Positions 37,944-47,854 of a stretch of 64,000 nucleotides of DNA are shown here, in pieces; position 1 is the stretch's first letter; each line of letters starts with the position of its first letter. The notes under the pieces were generated by a model, which did not search any database, had not been told where the DNA came from, and worked only from the letters and a program-made list of their open reading frames with translations. The DNA is from Parcubacteria group bacterium (GTDB taxonomy: Bacteria; Patescibacteriota; Minisyncoccia; Phycocordibacterales; CSBR16-119): assembly GCA_943356745.1 (NCBI GenBank), contig CALRFT010000002.1:7124-71123 (forward strand). Direction: 5' to 3'. Made by a program: the position numbers and the translations under genes.

Positions 37944-39796
37944 GAATAATTATCTTGTGACTCTTGCGCTGATGTTTCAGAAAGCACCTCTGGTGTTACT
38001 ACCTGCTTTCGAATAACCGGCTTACCATTATACAAAATGTATTCTGGATTTGGATCAATAATCGTTCCATTTGGGTAAATAAGATTTCCTGTGGTTGCAC
38101 AATACAGGATAGGCATTTGGATATTCAACTCTGGACACATAATATTATTTATTCGTCGCACAGTTGTTTCTCTTGTAATACCTGTTGATTCTGTAATTCC
38201 CCATGGTTTAAGAATTTCATCAAATTCTTGTGTTTGGAAACGCTTCACAGCGTCAAAAGTTGCTTGTCCATAGATACCATCCACTTTCAAGTTTTCCCCC
38301 ATATATTCATTCAAGAATATCTGAAGTTTTTCAACATCTGATTTGAGATTCGCTTCACCCATTTGCATATAGGTTGTGAGATATGGTTCACATGTGGTCG
38401 CACCAAGAACTTCACCTTCTGGTTTTTCTTGTCTTGAACCACTTCGTTTACTTCCACCTCCTCCACCTCCATTATCATCTTCCCCCGAAACAACAAGTGT
38501 TACTGTTTGAGAAGACACACATCCTTCATTGTCAGTGAGTGTGATTGTGATTGTGTAGACTCCTTCATTTTGAAATGAAACCGAAGATAGATTTGAAGTG
38601 ATTGAAACCAATCCTTCCCCATCCAAATCCTCAGCAACAATTTCAAACAAAGCAAAAATTTCTTCTTCAGTAAGTGTTGTATTTTCATCAATTGTAACCG
38701 TTGATGTAATTGAAACAATAGAAGGTCCGCCAAATGCTGTACACACATCCACTGGACATTCTTCTGCTTGAAAATCAATCAAGGCAACATCTCCTGAAAA
38801 TGCCATCGCTGACACGACAGAACCTCCTGAAAAATCTACAGAGTTTGCGATTGAATCTGCTAGTTCTGAAGCGTTCACAACACCCGGAGCAACATTTACA
38901 AATAAAGTTGTTCCAACTCGTGTAATCGCAATATCAGGATTTGTCGTAATATTTGATTCACTTTCTGAAAAAGTGGAACCATCAACCATTACCGGAAACC
39001 ATTCACCACTTTGAACACTTGCATTTGTTCCAAGTGAAGCTGTAAGAGTTTCTGGAAAAGTTATTTTTGCATACACAAAACCAGATTGACATACTGGCTG
39101 TTCTTGCGAAATAACAAAAACATCAACAGTTACTGTTGTAACACAACTAACAGAATTTTGTGCTGAAAACTCAACCTGATTAAATCCAGGATTGAGTGTG
39201 ATCGAATCGATATTGTTTGAAACACTAAGTATTCCATCAATTCCAAGCCCGTCTACTGCTGTTGGGTTCACAGTATTTATTATCTGAGATGTAAAATCGT
39301 CTGCAAGAGAAATTTCTACATAATCATTTTGAATTGTAATGATTGGAGAATTTGTCTCATTGCAAATTTTTACATCAATTCTTTCAGATTCCTCTGGAAT
39401 ATCTTGAACCAAAAAATTTTCTTCCTCTTGTTCTGGAATAGTTTTTTCAAGTGGATCCACTTCTACTTGTTGTGAAAAAACAACTTCAGAATCTAAAGAA
39501 GCAATTTCTTCTTGATTCACTAATTCTTGAGAATCTGTAGATTCGACTAGTTCAATACTAGAAACTTCCTCTGATACTATTTCAGAAATACTATCAGTAA
39601 CTGTTTCTGCTTGAGCAGAAGAAAATGAAAAGAGCGAAGTCGCAAGATACAATATCGAAAACGATACTGTAGCTACGCTACGCAAAAAATGAGAATATCG
39701 CTTCATAATTAAAATATGTAAATTGTGACTTATAAATATATGAAAGATCAAGGGTCTATTTACCTTGTATCTTACAGATATGGACCACCCTGTCAA
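37889..39796 (-). CDS. Secreted or surface protein (635 aa, paralogous architecture to 34949-36856) with a C-terminal PG_binding_1-like domain
   Basis: Signal peptide MKRYSHFLRSVATVSFSILYLATSLFSFSSAQA. Gly-run linker DDNGGGGGGSKRSG. ANLKSDVEKLQIFLNEYMGENLKVDGIYGQATFDAVKRFQ. Confidence 0.5.
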   Translation of the reverse strand: MTGWSISVRYKVNRPLIFHIFISHNLHILIMKRYSHFLRSVATVSFSILYLATSLFSFSSAQAETVTDSISEIVSEEVSSIELVESTDSQELVNQEEIASLDSEVVFSQQVEVDPLEKTIPEQEEENFLVQDIPEESERIDVKICNETNSPIITIQNDYVEISLADDFTSQIINTVNPTAVDGLGIDGILSVSNNIDSITLNPGFNQVEFSAQNSVSCVTTVTVDVFVISQEQPVCQSGFVYAKITFPETLTASLGTNASVQSGEWFPVMVDGSTFSESESNITTNPDIAITRVGTTLFVNVAPGVVNASELADSIANSVDFSGGSVVSAMAFSGDVALIDFQAEECPVDVCTAFGGPSIVSITSTVTIDENTTLTEEEIFALFEIVAEDLDGEGLVSITSNLSSVSFQNEGVYTITITLTDNEGCVSSQTVTLVVSGEDDNGGGGGGSKRSGSRQEKPEGEVLGATTCEPYLTTYMQMGEANLKSDVEKLQIFLNEYMGENLKVDGIYGQATFDAVKRFQTQEFDEILKPWGITESTGITRETTVRRINNIMCPELNIQMPILYCATTGNLIYPNGTIIDPNPEYILYNGKPVIRKQVVTPEVLSETSAQESQDNYSWTPAPVINPETGRKYEK

Positions 39797-39858
39797 ACCA
39801 ACAAATCAAGGCTTGCACGTCAAGACTAATCGTGTATAATATTCTCTGTTATACATAT

Positions 39859-39931
39859 GGGCCCGTAGCTTAGCTGGTAGAGCGCCCGCCTTGCACGCGG
39901 GAGGTCAGGAGTTCGAATCTCCTCGGGTCCA
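39859..39931 (+). tRNA. tRNA-Ala (anticodon TGC)
   Basis: GGGCCCG-TA-GCTT-AGCTGGTA-GAGC-G-CCCGC-CTTGCAC-GCGGG-AGGTC-AGGAG-TTCGAAT-CTCCT-CGGGTCC-A. Confidence 0.9.
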
Positions 39932-39940
39932 CAATATATA

Positions 39941-39966
39941 AAAACCGGAGAAATCCGGTTTTTTAT
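39941..39966 (+). terminator. Terminator after tRNA-Ala
   Basis: aaaaccggagaaatccggtttttt. Confidence 0.6.
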
Positions 39967-40015
39967 ATTTTTTTACCAAGAACAAAATTTGTTTATTTTA
40001 ATTACTAATACGTGT

Positions 40016-40972
40016 TTAAATTTTATTCAAAATTATTTTCTGTTGTTCAATTTTCCAGTTAATATCTTGCAACTTTAATTCTAAATCTTTAAATTCTGAT
40101 GAAAATTTTTTATATGTATTTTGATAATCTAAACCAGCTTGTTGAGCTTCAATTTCTAATAAAGAAATATCATATTCATATTTACGATTAATTTCTGCCT
40201 TCATTGCATTTGCCTGAACTATAGACATTCCGGGCGCATTATTAACTTTTTGTAAGTCTTCAAGATATTTTTTTTGTCTATCTATTATCTTCTGGTCTAT
40301 ATCAGATTTATATAAATTATAATCTTTATTTAAATCTTCAATTTCATCATTAATATCATTCATTTGATATTGAATTTTACCGTAATACTCTGTTAGTCCT
40401 GCGATTTTATCTTGAGCTTCTTTTTGTTCACGTGTAAGATTTTTTACTGAAGACTTCACATTTTCGATAGCTAGAGTTTTACTTTCGAGAGAATCTTGCT
40501 CAATTTTAACTATACTAGAGTTTATCTTCTTTTCACTTTTTAAAGAGATATCTTGATTAGTATCTAAAATATCTTCCGTTGGTTTAATTTCTTGTGGAGA
40601 ATTTTCTTTTGATTTAGATAAACTTTCTTTTATTACAGAAACTCTATCATTAACTAATGTATTAAATTCGACATCTAAATTATTAGTATATTTATCAAGC
40701 TTAGTCATTCTTTCCTCTACCTTTCTTTTAATAGAGAGCTTTTTAAAATCATCAACTTCAGACTCATAGGTAAGTAAATCATCCTCTGAAAATTCAAGTA
40801 TTTTTTGTACTTTTTTTTCGGGAGAGAAAGTAAAAAATAATGATATTTTTTGTATAAAAAGATTGGGATTTTTATCTTTCGCAGCAAAAACCAGTCCTGG
40901 GGTTATCAAAAATGTAAAAATAAAGCTTAATATAATTATTTTCTTCATATTACATATTGTATATATAAACAA
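40016..40972 (-). CDS. Secreted coiled-coil protein (K/E/Q-rich)
   Basis: N-terminal signal/TM (IIILSFIFTFLITPGLVFA), then a long heptad-like K/E/D/Q-rich sequence. Confidence 0.4.
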   Translation of the reverse strand: MFIYTICNMKKIIILSFIFTFLITPGLVFAAKDKNPNLFIQKISLFFTFSPEKKVQKILEFSEDDLLTYESEVDDFKKLSIKRKVEERMTKLDKYTNNLDVEFNTLVNDRVSVIKESLSKSKENSPQEIKPTEDILDTNQDISLKSEKKINSSIVKIEQDSLESKTLAIENVKSSVKNLTREQKEAQDKIAGLTEYYGKIQYQMNDINDEIEDLNKDYNLYKSDIDQKIIDRQKKYLEDLQKVNNAPGMSIVQANAMKAEINRKYEYDISLLEIEAQQAGLDYQNTYKKFSSEFKDLELKLQDINWKIEQQKIILNKI

Positions 40973-40997
40973 AAGATAATCAAATGTTTTTTATTTT

Positions 40998-41477
40998 GTG
41001 AATACAAAGAAAAAAGATAGTGGTAGAATGAATTATATGACAATACAATCTTTTGATTCAAAGCTTATTAGATTTTTTAGAAAAATAAGTATACCTTCTG
41101 CACGTTTTGGTTTATTTGTAGTTTTCTTTTGGTTTGGAGCCCTCAAGGTGCTTGGTCTCAGCCCCGCGAGTGGACTCGTTCAGAGTTTGTTCGAACAAAC
41201 AATTCCATTCATTTCTTTTTCAACTTTCTTAGTTCTCTTTGGTTTATTTGAATGTCTCATTGGTATTCTTTTCCTCATTAAAGGAATGGAACGAATCGTA
41301 ATCCCCCTTCTTCTCATTCACATGATCACAACTTTTGGACCACTTGTATATCTTCCACAAGACAGCTGGCAAAGCTTCATGGTTCCAACACTTGCAGGAC
41401 AATATATTATCAAAAATCTTGTCATTGTCGCAGCGGGAATTGGAATTGCAGCACATCTCCACCCACTGAAAAAATAA
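40998..41477 (+). CDS. Hypothetical 4-TM membrane protein
   Basis: Hydrophobic helices GLFVVFFWFGALKVLGL, FLVLFGLFECLIGILFLI and NLVIVAAGIGIAA. Confidence 0.35.
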   Translation: MNTKKKDSGRMNYMTIQSFDSKLIRFFRKISIPSARFGLFVVFFWFGALKVLGLSPASGLVQSLFEQTIPFISFSTFLVLFGLFECLIGILFLIKGMERIVIPLLLIHMITTFGPLVYLPQDSWQSFMVPTLAGQYIIKNLVIVAAGIGIAAHLHPLKK

Positions 41478-41480
41478 AAC

Positions 41481-41512
41481 AAAAAAAACCCGCCTTGTGC
41501 GGGTTTTTTATT
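41481..41512. terminator. Bidirectional terminator
   Basis: aaaaaaaacccgccttgtgcgggtttttta. Confidence 0.6.
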
Positions 41513-42557
41513 GTTCTTTCCTTTTTAAAAGACGAGCAACTCTAGAGAAAATAAATTCATCGGGTGATGAACCTGTGTATTCAAGTCCTCTATACAAAGG
41601 AGCTTGTTCGTGAAGCTCTGGATTATCCTGAACACTAATCACATACAAACCTTTTGGAGACATAATGAAATGGAATACAGCTGTATCATCAAGATTAAAA
41701 TCGTTATGGAGTTCGTGTGTCAGTTCTTCAATAAGTTGTTTAATTTTTGGAGAAATCTGAATAGCAGGTATCATTTCAAAACTTCCTGTTCGACTCGTGT
41801 GGTGAGTAAACATTTCTTTACCATGACGAACCTCGTGTGGAGGAATAATATATTTTTCTTTTCCTCGAAATTCTGGAATAGCACTTGAAACAAACTCTCG
41901 TCCCTGAATGTATTCTTCCACTAAAACATCATCAACATCAAGTGAGATTATTCGAAGTGCAGTAAGAAGTTCTGGGAAAGTTTTTGCAAGATACGTATGA
42001 AATCGCGCTGAAAAGGCAACTGGTTTTACAACCCAAGGCCCAGGAAGTTTTCCAAACACCTCAAATGCTTTCTCTTCGATATGTCTTTCTCGCATATCTT
42101 CTTCCATATCACCTGTATATACATTTTCGAGTTGAATATGATCTGGAGTTTGAAGTCCAAGATCTTTTATTCTTTGTTTCAACCGAGCTCGATTGAAGGT
42201 AAGATCCGCAGTAACAGGATCTGAACCAAGGTATGGAATTTTAAGAGTTTCTAGATGATGCTGAATACTTCCGTTGTCTCCGTGAATAGTAAGCCAAGCA
42301 AGATCGATATAATCTGCTAAAAACTTTTCATTAATTTCCCTTCCATCAACATGCCAGATTCCATCTCGATCAATCAAAACATCAACTACCTTATAAGCAT
42401 GTTTATTTTGAAGACGTTTGAGAATTTCAGCACCTGTTTTAAGAGAGAGTTCAAATTCTGGAGTTTGTCCACCACGAATAACCCCAACCTTTGTTTGGTG
42501 CGAAAATACATCCGAGAAAGAAGTTGATTGATACTTCGACATGTTTTTATTATACAA
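41508..42557 (-). CDS. ddl: D-alanine--D-alanine ligase (ATP-grasp)
   Basis: KVGVIRGGQTPEFELSLKTGAEI (N-domain motif similar to the Ddl GG.S.E.EVSL motif). ATP-grasp core PGPWVVKPV. C-terminal Mg-binding region. Confidence 0.7.
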   Translation of the reverse strand: MYNKNMSKYQSTSFSDVFSHQTKVGVIRGGQTPEFELSLKTGAEILKRLQNKHAYKVVDVLIDRDGIWHVDGREINEKFLADYIDLAWLTIHGDNGSIQHHLETLKIPYLGSDPVTADLTFNRARLKQRIKDLGLQTPDHIQLENVYTGDMEEDMRERHIEEKAFEVFGKLPGPWVVKPVAFSARFHTYLAKTFPELLTALRIISLDVDDVLVEEYIQGREFVSSAIPEFRGKEKYIIPPHEVRHGKEMFTHHTSRTGSFEMIPAIQISPKIKQLIEELTHELHNDFNLDDTAVFHFIMSPKGLYVISVQDNPELHEQAPLYRGLEYTGSSPDEFIFSRVARLLKRKEQ

Positions 42558-42587
42558 CGAAATTATATAACAAACTGTTGAAAGTTT

Positions 42588-43823
42588 TTATATTTTTGAT
42601 CGTCGCTTTCTATGAAATTCAACAGCAAACCGATGAGCCTCTGCGTTAGCTAGAATAATTTCACTTTTATACTTTTCAGTAAATTTTTTAAGACCTAGAA
42701 TTCCTTTTGGTTTATGCTTTTCGTTTTTTACAACAGCAACCACTGGAATTTGAATCCCTTTCAAATTAAGAATCGATTCAAGTTTTGATTTTTGAGGAAG
42801 TGCACCATCTACCACAATAAGGTTTGGGAACTGCCACTCTGTATGCGCAAGTCTTCTTGTAAAAACTTCCCCAAGTGCCCCAATGTCATTCGCACTTGTA
42901 AATCCTTTCACAATAAATTTTCGATATTCTTGTTTGTTTGGTTCTCCATTTTCAATCACTGTCATAACACCGACCATATTTGTTCCTGAAATATGAGCAA
43001 TATCGTAACTTTCAATACGGAAATCAGAAACACGTTTTTCTATGTCTTCTTTTTTAATAAGAGATACATCTTTAATATGTTCAAGAGCAAAAATTTTCTT
43101 TTTAATTTCATTTGCTTTTTCAAACAAAAGTTTTTTTGCATACATATCCATTTCTTTTTTCAAAGCAAGAAGAAGAGTTTGTTTCTTACCCTTAAAAAAT
43201 AAAATAATATGCTTAATTGTTTCGTTGTAACGTTTTTGAATTTCGCTATTTCCAAGATCGGGCGCAAGTTTGATTTGTCTATAAAATTCAGCCTGATCTT
43301 TCTTAATCGAATCTTTATCATTAAATGGAAAAATCTTTCGAATGATTCGAAGTGCTTCTTTGAGTTGTGAACCATATGGAAAAGGACCAAATTTATGTGA
43401 AATTGAAAGTTCTTTTTGGGTAACTTTTTTTTCAATATCACGCCCACGCATGATAAGCACTCTTGGAAAATCTTCTTTTGTAACAACGACAAAATAAAAT
43501 GTTTTATCATCTTTTCCAATCGCATTATATTTTGGTTTATGTTTTGAAATGAGATTTGCCTCAAGAATAAGAGCTTCAAGTACCGAATCTGTAATTTCGT
43601 ATCTCACTGTTTTTGCAAGTGTCACCATATCCACAAGGCGCTTACCTCGCTCTTCTACCAAGTCATTAGAAAAGTAACTTCGCACTCTGTCTTTGAGCGA
43701 AGTTGCTTTTCCAATATATAAAATAGTATTTTTTTCATCGACAAAGATATACACTCCTGGCTTATCTGGAAACTGAAGTGAGTCGAATTCAGACTTTTTC
43801 ATAGGTTTTGTAGTATATATCAA
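42588..43823 (-). CDS. uvrC: Excinuclease ABC subunit C, short form. Has the GIY-YIG and UvrC endonuclease domains; the C-terminal HhH region is apparently absent.
   Basis: FPDKPGVYIFVDEKNTILYIGKATSLKDRVRSYF (GIY-YIG). PNLIVVDGALPQKSKLESILNLKGIQIPVVAVVKNEKH (UvrC RNase-H-like endonuclease region). Only 411 aa. Confidence 0.75.
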   Translation of the reverse strand: MIYTTKPMKKSEFDSLQFPDKPGVYIFVDEKNTILYIGKATSLKDRVRSYFSNDLVEERGKRLVDMVTLAKTVRYEITDSVLEALILEANLISKHKPKYNAIGKDDKTFYFVVVTKEDFPRVLIMRGRDIEKKVTQKELSISHKFGPFPYGSQLKEALRIIRKIFPFNDKDSIKKDQAEFYRQIKLAPDLGNSEIQKRYNETIKHIILFFKGKKQTLLLALKKEMDMYAKKLLFEKANEIKKKIFALEHIKDVSLIKKEDIEKRVSDFRIESYDIAHISGTNMVGVMTVIENGEPNKQEYRKFIVKGFTSANDIGALGEVFTRRLAHTEWQFPNLIVVDGALPQKSKLESILNLKGIQIPVVAVVKNEKHKPKGILGLKKFTEKYKSEIILANAEAHRFAVEFHRKRRSKI

Positions 43824-43826
43824 AAA

Positions 43827-45026
43827 TTACTCTTCTGGAATACATTCTGTATATACAGTAATAATACCTTCTGGAACAGGATTGCACACACGCTTGAAAA
43901 GTAAATCAAAATCTTTGGTATTTTCATCGAAAATATTCCATGAGATTTTATGTGTTCTTCCTTTGTATTGATTAGCGGTATCTAGTGCTTCTTCTGTTAT
44001 ATACAAATTACTCAATGACCTTACGACGATTCTATCTGAGGTTTGCGGAGCTGGATACGCTTTCCCATCACGAAGATCAAGAAGATATGCTGGTCCATTT
44101 GGAACAACATATGTTCTATAAAAATTTGAAAACAAAGGTGGAGCTTGAAAAAAAGAAGGAGTGATAATTTCTTTCAAAAAGTCCGGAGCAGACGAATCTA
44201 TAAAAGGAGATCTATCAAAAGACGAAACTGGTTCTAAAGCATAATCTTGAAATGTTGGAGGAACATAGACATAGTCACCTGTTTCTATGGTGAAAAATTC
44301 ACTTGTTGCAGAATATGTATTATTCGCATACGAAATAGTCAGTTGATATTTGTGAGGTTCAAGAAAATTAACAACAGGCAACAAACAGCTCTGATTTGTA
44401 TACTCAGCAGAACTTTCTTCAAGAAAATCTGGAATCAGCCAAGAAATTTCTTGTGACTCACCCTTGCTTTCAAGCCCAGCTACACAATGAAGAGAGAAAG
44501 TATGTTCTTTTTGATTTGTTTCAATATTATATACATCCATCATTGCAGTATTAAAAAGTGAGGGATTAATCCCACAAAGTTCCCAAGAAAAAACAAGTGT
44601 TTCTCCAACTTGAAATACGCCATCTTTTTCAGGTGTCAGCATTTTTATAAACGGACTTCCTCCACACGTTAAAGAATCGGAAGGTGTATTATCTTCTTCT
44701 GAATTTTCTGAAAGCATAAAATCATCTGGCGACAGGGGTGTAAATTCATTTGGATTAAATGTTTGGAAACGAGAATCTACAAGAATTTGAGCAATACTTA
44801 CAATCGCAACAAGAGCAACAAAAACTGCCACGATGACAAGTATAGTTATTTTTTTCTTATTCAAAGGTTGCTTTATTGGTTCTTCCGAAACTTCTTCTTT
44901 ATTTTCTTCTTTATTAAAAAGTAAAGGAGAATTAAAGCCTGGTTGAATTTCAGGTGTTTTTGTTGGTTCCGGTGGAACAATTATTTCTTTTTGTTCTTCA
45001 TTGTTTTGAGGAGTTTGTTGGTTCAT
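43827..45026 (-). CDS. Hypothetical secreted or membrane-anchored protein
   Basis: N-terminal low-complexity region, then a TM helix ILVIVAVFVALVAIVSIAQIL. No recognisable domain. Confidence 0.35.
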   Translation of the reverse strand: MNQQTPQNNEEQKEIIVPPEPTKTPEIQPGFNSPLLFNKEENKEEVSEEPIKQPLNKKKITILVIVAVFVALVAIVSIAQILVDSRFQTFNPNEFTPLSPDDFMLSENSEEDNTPSDSLTCGGSPFIKMLTPEKDGVFQVGETLVFSWELCGINPSLFNTAMMDVYNIETNQKEHTFSLHCVAGLESKGESQEISWLIPDFLEESSAEYTNQSCLLPVVNFLEPHKYQLTISYANNTYSATSEFFTIETGDYVYVPPTFQDYALEPVSSFDRSPFIDSSAPDFLKEIITPSFFQAPPLFSNFYRTYVVPNGPAYLLDLRDGKAYPAPQTSDRIVVRSLSNLYITEEALDTANQYKGRTHKISWNIFDENTKDFDLLFKRVCNPVPEGIITVYTECIPEE

Positions 45027-45038
45027 GTGTATATTATA

Positions 45039-45076
45039 GCAAACAAAAAAGACCTTTCGGTCTTTTTTGTTTGCTA
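45039..45076. terminator. Perfect palindromic terminator between uvrA and the upstream gene
   Basis: gcaaacaaaaaagacctttcggtcttttttgtttgc. Confidence 0.6.
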
Positions 45077-47755
45077 TTTGTTACTCATCGCTTTTTTTGT
45101 TTTTGCAAGAACTTTCTTAAGATAGTGTCCAGTATGAGATTTTGGATTATTTGCAATTTCCTCGGGCGTTCCTTTAGCAATTACTTTTCCACCTCCAATA
45201 CCTCCCTCTGGCCCCATGTCGATAATATAATCGGCTGTTTTAATAAGATCGAGATTGTGTTCAATAGTTACTACCGAGTTCCCTTTTGAAAGAAGTTTTT
45301 GAATAACCTGAATCAAGTTTTGAACATCATCATAATGAAGTCCAACTGTTGGCTCATCAAGAAGATATAGTCCTTTTTCCACAAATGGTCGATACAACTC
45401 TGATGCAATTTTCACACGTTGAGCTTCTCCACCAGAAAGCGTTGTCGCTGGTTGTCCAATTTTGATATACCCAAGTCCAACATCATCAAGAGTTTTGAGT
45501 CTGTCATAAATCGCTGGAATTTCTTTAAAGAATTCAATTCCTTCTTCAACAGTCATTTCCAGAATATCATGAATACTTTTATCTTTGTATTTTACTTTCA
45601 AAGTTTCTTTTTCAAACCGTTTTCCTTCACAAACATCACAAGTGACATACACTGTTGGCAAGAAGTGCATCTCAACAGCAACCACTCCTTTTCCTTCACA
45701 AGCTTCACATCGTCCACCTTTTACATTGAAAGAAAAACGATTTGATTTCCAACCTCGCAAACGCGCCTCACTTGTTTCAGTGAATATATCTCGAATATGC
45801 GTCCACGCTCCCGTGTAAGTCGCAACATTTGACCGAGGTGTTCTTCCAATTGGACTTTGATCAATCAAGATTGCTCTGTTGAGTAAATCCAAACCTTCAA
45901 TTGACGCACAGTTGTACACTTTTGCAGACCGATATTTTCTATCGAAACGAGCCTGAATATTTTTATGAAGAACTTCATACATAAATGAAGATTTTCCAGA
46001 CCCTGAAACTCCAGTAATACAAACCATTTTTCCGAGTGGAATTTCAAAATTTTGATTTTCAATATTATTTACCGTCGCACCTTTTACAACAATTTTTCCT
46101 TTATCTGCGGTTCTTCGTGATTCAGGAAGTGGGATATATGCTTCTTCTCGAAGATATTTCAAAGTTCTACTTTTTGCATCATCTCCTGTTAAAGTTTTCT
46201 TTGAAAGAAGCTCGTTTAAATATCCAGATGTTACAACATTTCCTCCATGAACTCCTGCCCCAGGACCAATATCAACAATATAGTCAGCCGCATAGAGCGT
46301 GTCTTCATCGTGCTCAACAACAATCACAGTATTTCCAATATCTCTCAAATCAAGCAAGGTATCAATAAGTTTGTCATTATCTCTTTGATGAAGTCCGATT
46401 GTTGGTTCATCCAAAACATACATTGCCCCAACAAGTCTACTTCCAAGTTGTGAAGCGAGACGAATACGCTGTGATTCTCCACCAGAAAGTGTATTTGCTT
46501 TTCGATCAAGAGTCAGATAATCAAGACCGACATTCAACATGAAAATAAGTCTATCTTGAATTTCTTTCAAAATAACTTTCGCAATTTCACGTTCTTTATC
46601 GGTAAGTTTTACTTGAGTAATAAAATCATACGCATCTTTTACAGAAAGATTTGTAAACTTCAAAATATTCACCGCACCCTGCTCTTTTGGACCAAGAAAA
46701 ATATTCAAAGCTTCTTCTCGAAGTCTTGCACCCTGACAAGTGTCACATGGCTCATCTCCAAATAAATGCTTTGTTCCAAGACCATTACAAGCCGGACATG
46801 CTCCGTATGGAGAATTGAAAGAAAAAAGTCTTGGTTCTACTTCCGGGAAAGTGTATCCATCTTCTGGAGAAACAAGTTTTGCAGAAAGAAATGTTTCTTC
46901 AATTTTTTCAGTTTTCTTTTCGTCTGGCTCACCGACAATAATTCGAACAAAACCGGAAGCTTCGTCAATTGCCTTTTCAACCGCTTCGCCGAGACGCATT
47001 TCAAAATCATCTTTATTGTCAGAAAATTCGTGAACTGCAAGAGAGTCAACCAAAAGGTCAATATCATGCTTTTTGGTTTTGGTCATTATAATTTGATCAC
47101 GAAGTTTTTTAACTCGTCCATCGAGACGAATTTCTGAATATCCTTTTCCAAGATAGTCATACAACATTTGATAATGTTCACCTTTTCTCCCTCGAACAAT
47201 CGGGGCGTAAATATGAATCATTGTATCATCAAAAGAAACACCCATGATTTCTTTTTTGTTTCCTCGATCAGCGATAATCCGAACTTGTTTTTTAACAAAT
47301 TCCATAATTTCTTGATTTGAAAGTTTTTTTACTTCCTTTCCTGAAATTGGAGAATATGGACGTCCAATACGTGCATACAAAACCCGAAGATAATCATAAA
47401 TTTCGGTAATTGTTGCAACTGTTGAACGCGGATTATTTGATCGTGTTTTTTGATCAATTGATATCGCAGGAGAAAGTCCAGAAATTTCATCCAGATCTGG
47501 TTTTGGCATTTGTCCCAAAAATTGTCTTGCATATGCCGACAAAGATTCAACGTACCGTCTTTGGCCTTCCGCAAAAATAGTATCAAACGCGAGTGATGAT
47601 TTCCCAGATCCTGAAAGACCCGTAATAACCACCATCTTATCTCGTGGCATTTCAACAGTAATATTTTTGAGATTGTGAGTTCTCGCACCTCGAACCACAA
47701 TCATCTTTTCGTCTTCTTTTTTGTTAATTTTTTTAACCATAGAATTTGACCCCAC
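45074..47755 (-). CDS. uvrA: Excinuclease ABC subunit A. The likely true start is MIVVRG (~47704).
   Basis: [61 protein letters not shown]. Two ABC modules and zinc-finger Cys clusters. Confidence 0.9.
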   Translation of the reverse strand: MGSNSMVKKINKKEDEKMIVVRGARTHNLKNITVEMPRDKMVVITGLSGSGKSSLAFDTIFAEGQRRYVESLSAYARQFLGQMPKPDLDEISGLSPAISIDQKTRSNNPRSTVATITEIYDYLRVLYARIGRPYSPISGKEVKKLSNQEIMEFVKKQVRIIADRGNKKEIMGVSFDDTMIHIYAPIVRGRKGEHYQMLYDYLGKGYSEIRLDGRVKKLRDQIIMTKTKKHDIDLLVDSLAVHEFSDNKDDFEMRLGEAVEKAIDEASGFVRIIVGEPDEKKTEKIEETFLSAKLVSPEDGYTFPEVEPRLFSFNSPYGACPACNGLGTKHLFGDEPCDTCQGARLREEALNIFLGPKEQGAVNILKFTNLSVKDAYDFITQVKLTDKEREIAKVILKEIQDRLIFMLNVGLDYLTLDRKANTLSGGESQRIRLASQLGSRLVGAMYVLDEPTIGLHQRDNDKLIDTLLDLRDIGNTVIVVEHDEDTLYAADYIVDIGPGAGVHGGNVVTSGYLNELLSKKTLTGDDAKSRTLKYLREEAYIPLPESRRTADKGKIVVKGATVNNIENQNFEIPLGKMVCITGVSGSGKSSFMYEVLHKNIQARFDRKYRSAKVYNCASIEGLDLLNRAILIDQSPIGRTPRSNVATYTGAWTHIRDIFTETSEARLRGWKSNRFSFNVKGGRCEACEGKGVVAVEMHFLPTVYVTCDVCEGKRFEKETLKVKYKDKSIHDILEMTVEEGIEFFKEIPAIYDRLKTLDDVGLGYIKIGQPATTLSGGEAQRVKIASELYRPFVEKGLYLLDEPTVGLHYDDVQNLIQVIQKLLSKGNSVVTIEHNLDLIKTADYIIDMGPEGGIGGGKVIAKGTPEEIANNPKSHTGHYLKKVLAKTKKAMSNK

Positions 47756-47854
47756 CAGTTGTTCCTAGGGGGTGTATATAAATTTATTATTACTATATCG
47801 AAACTATACCACAACAAGAAACAATACAAAACCCCGCGTTTTGCGGGGTTTTTC

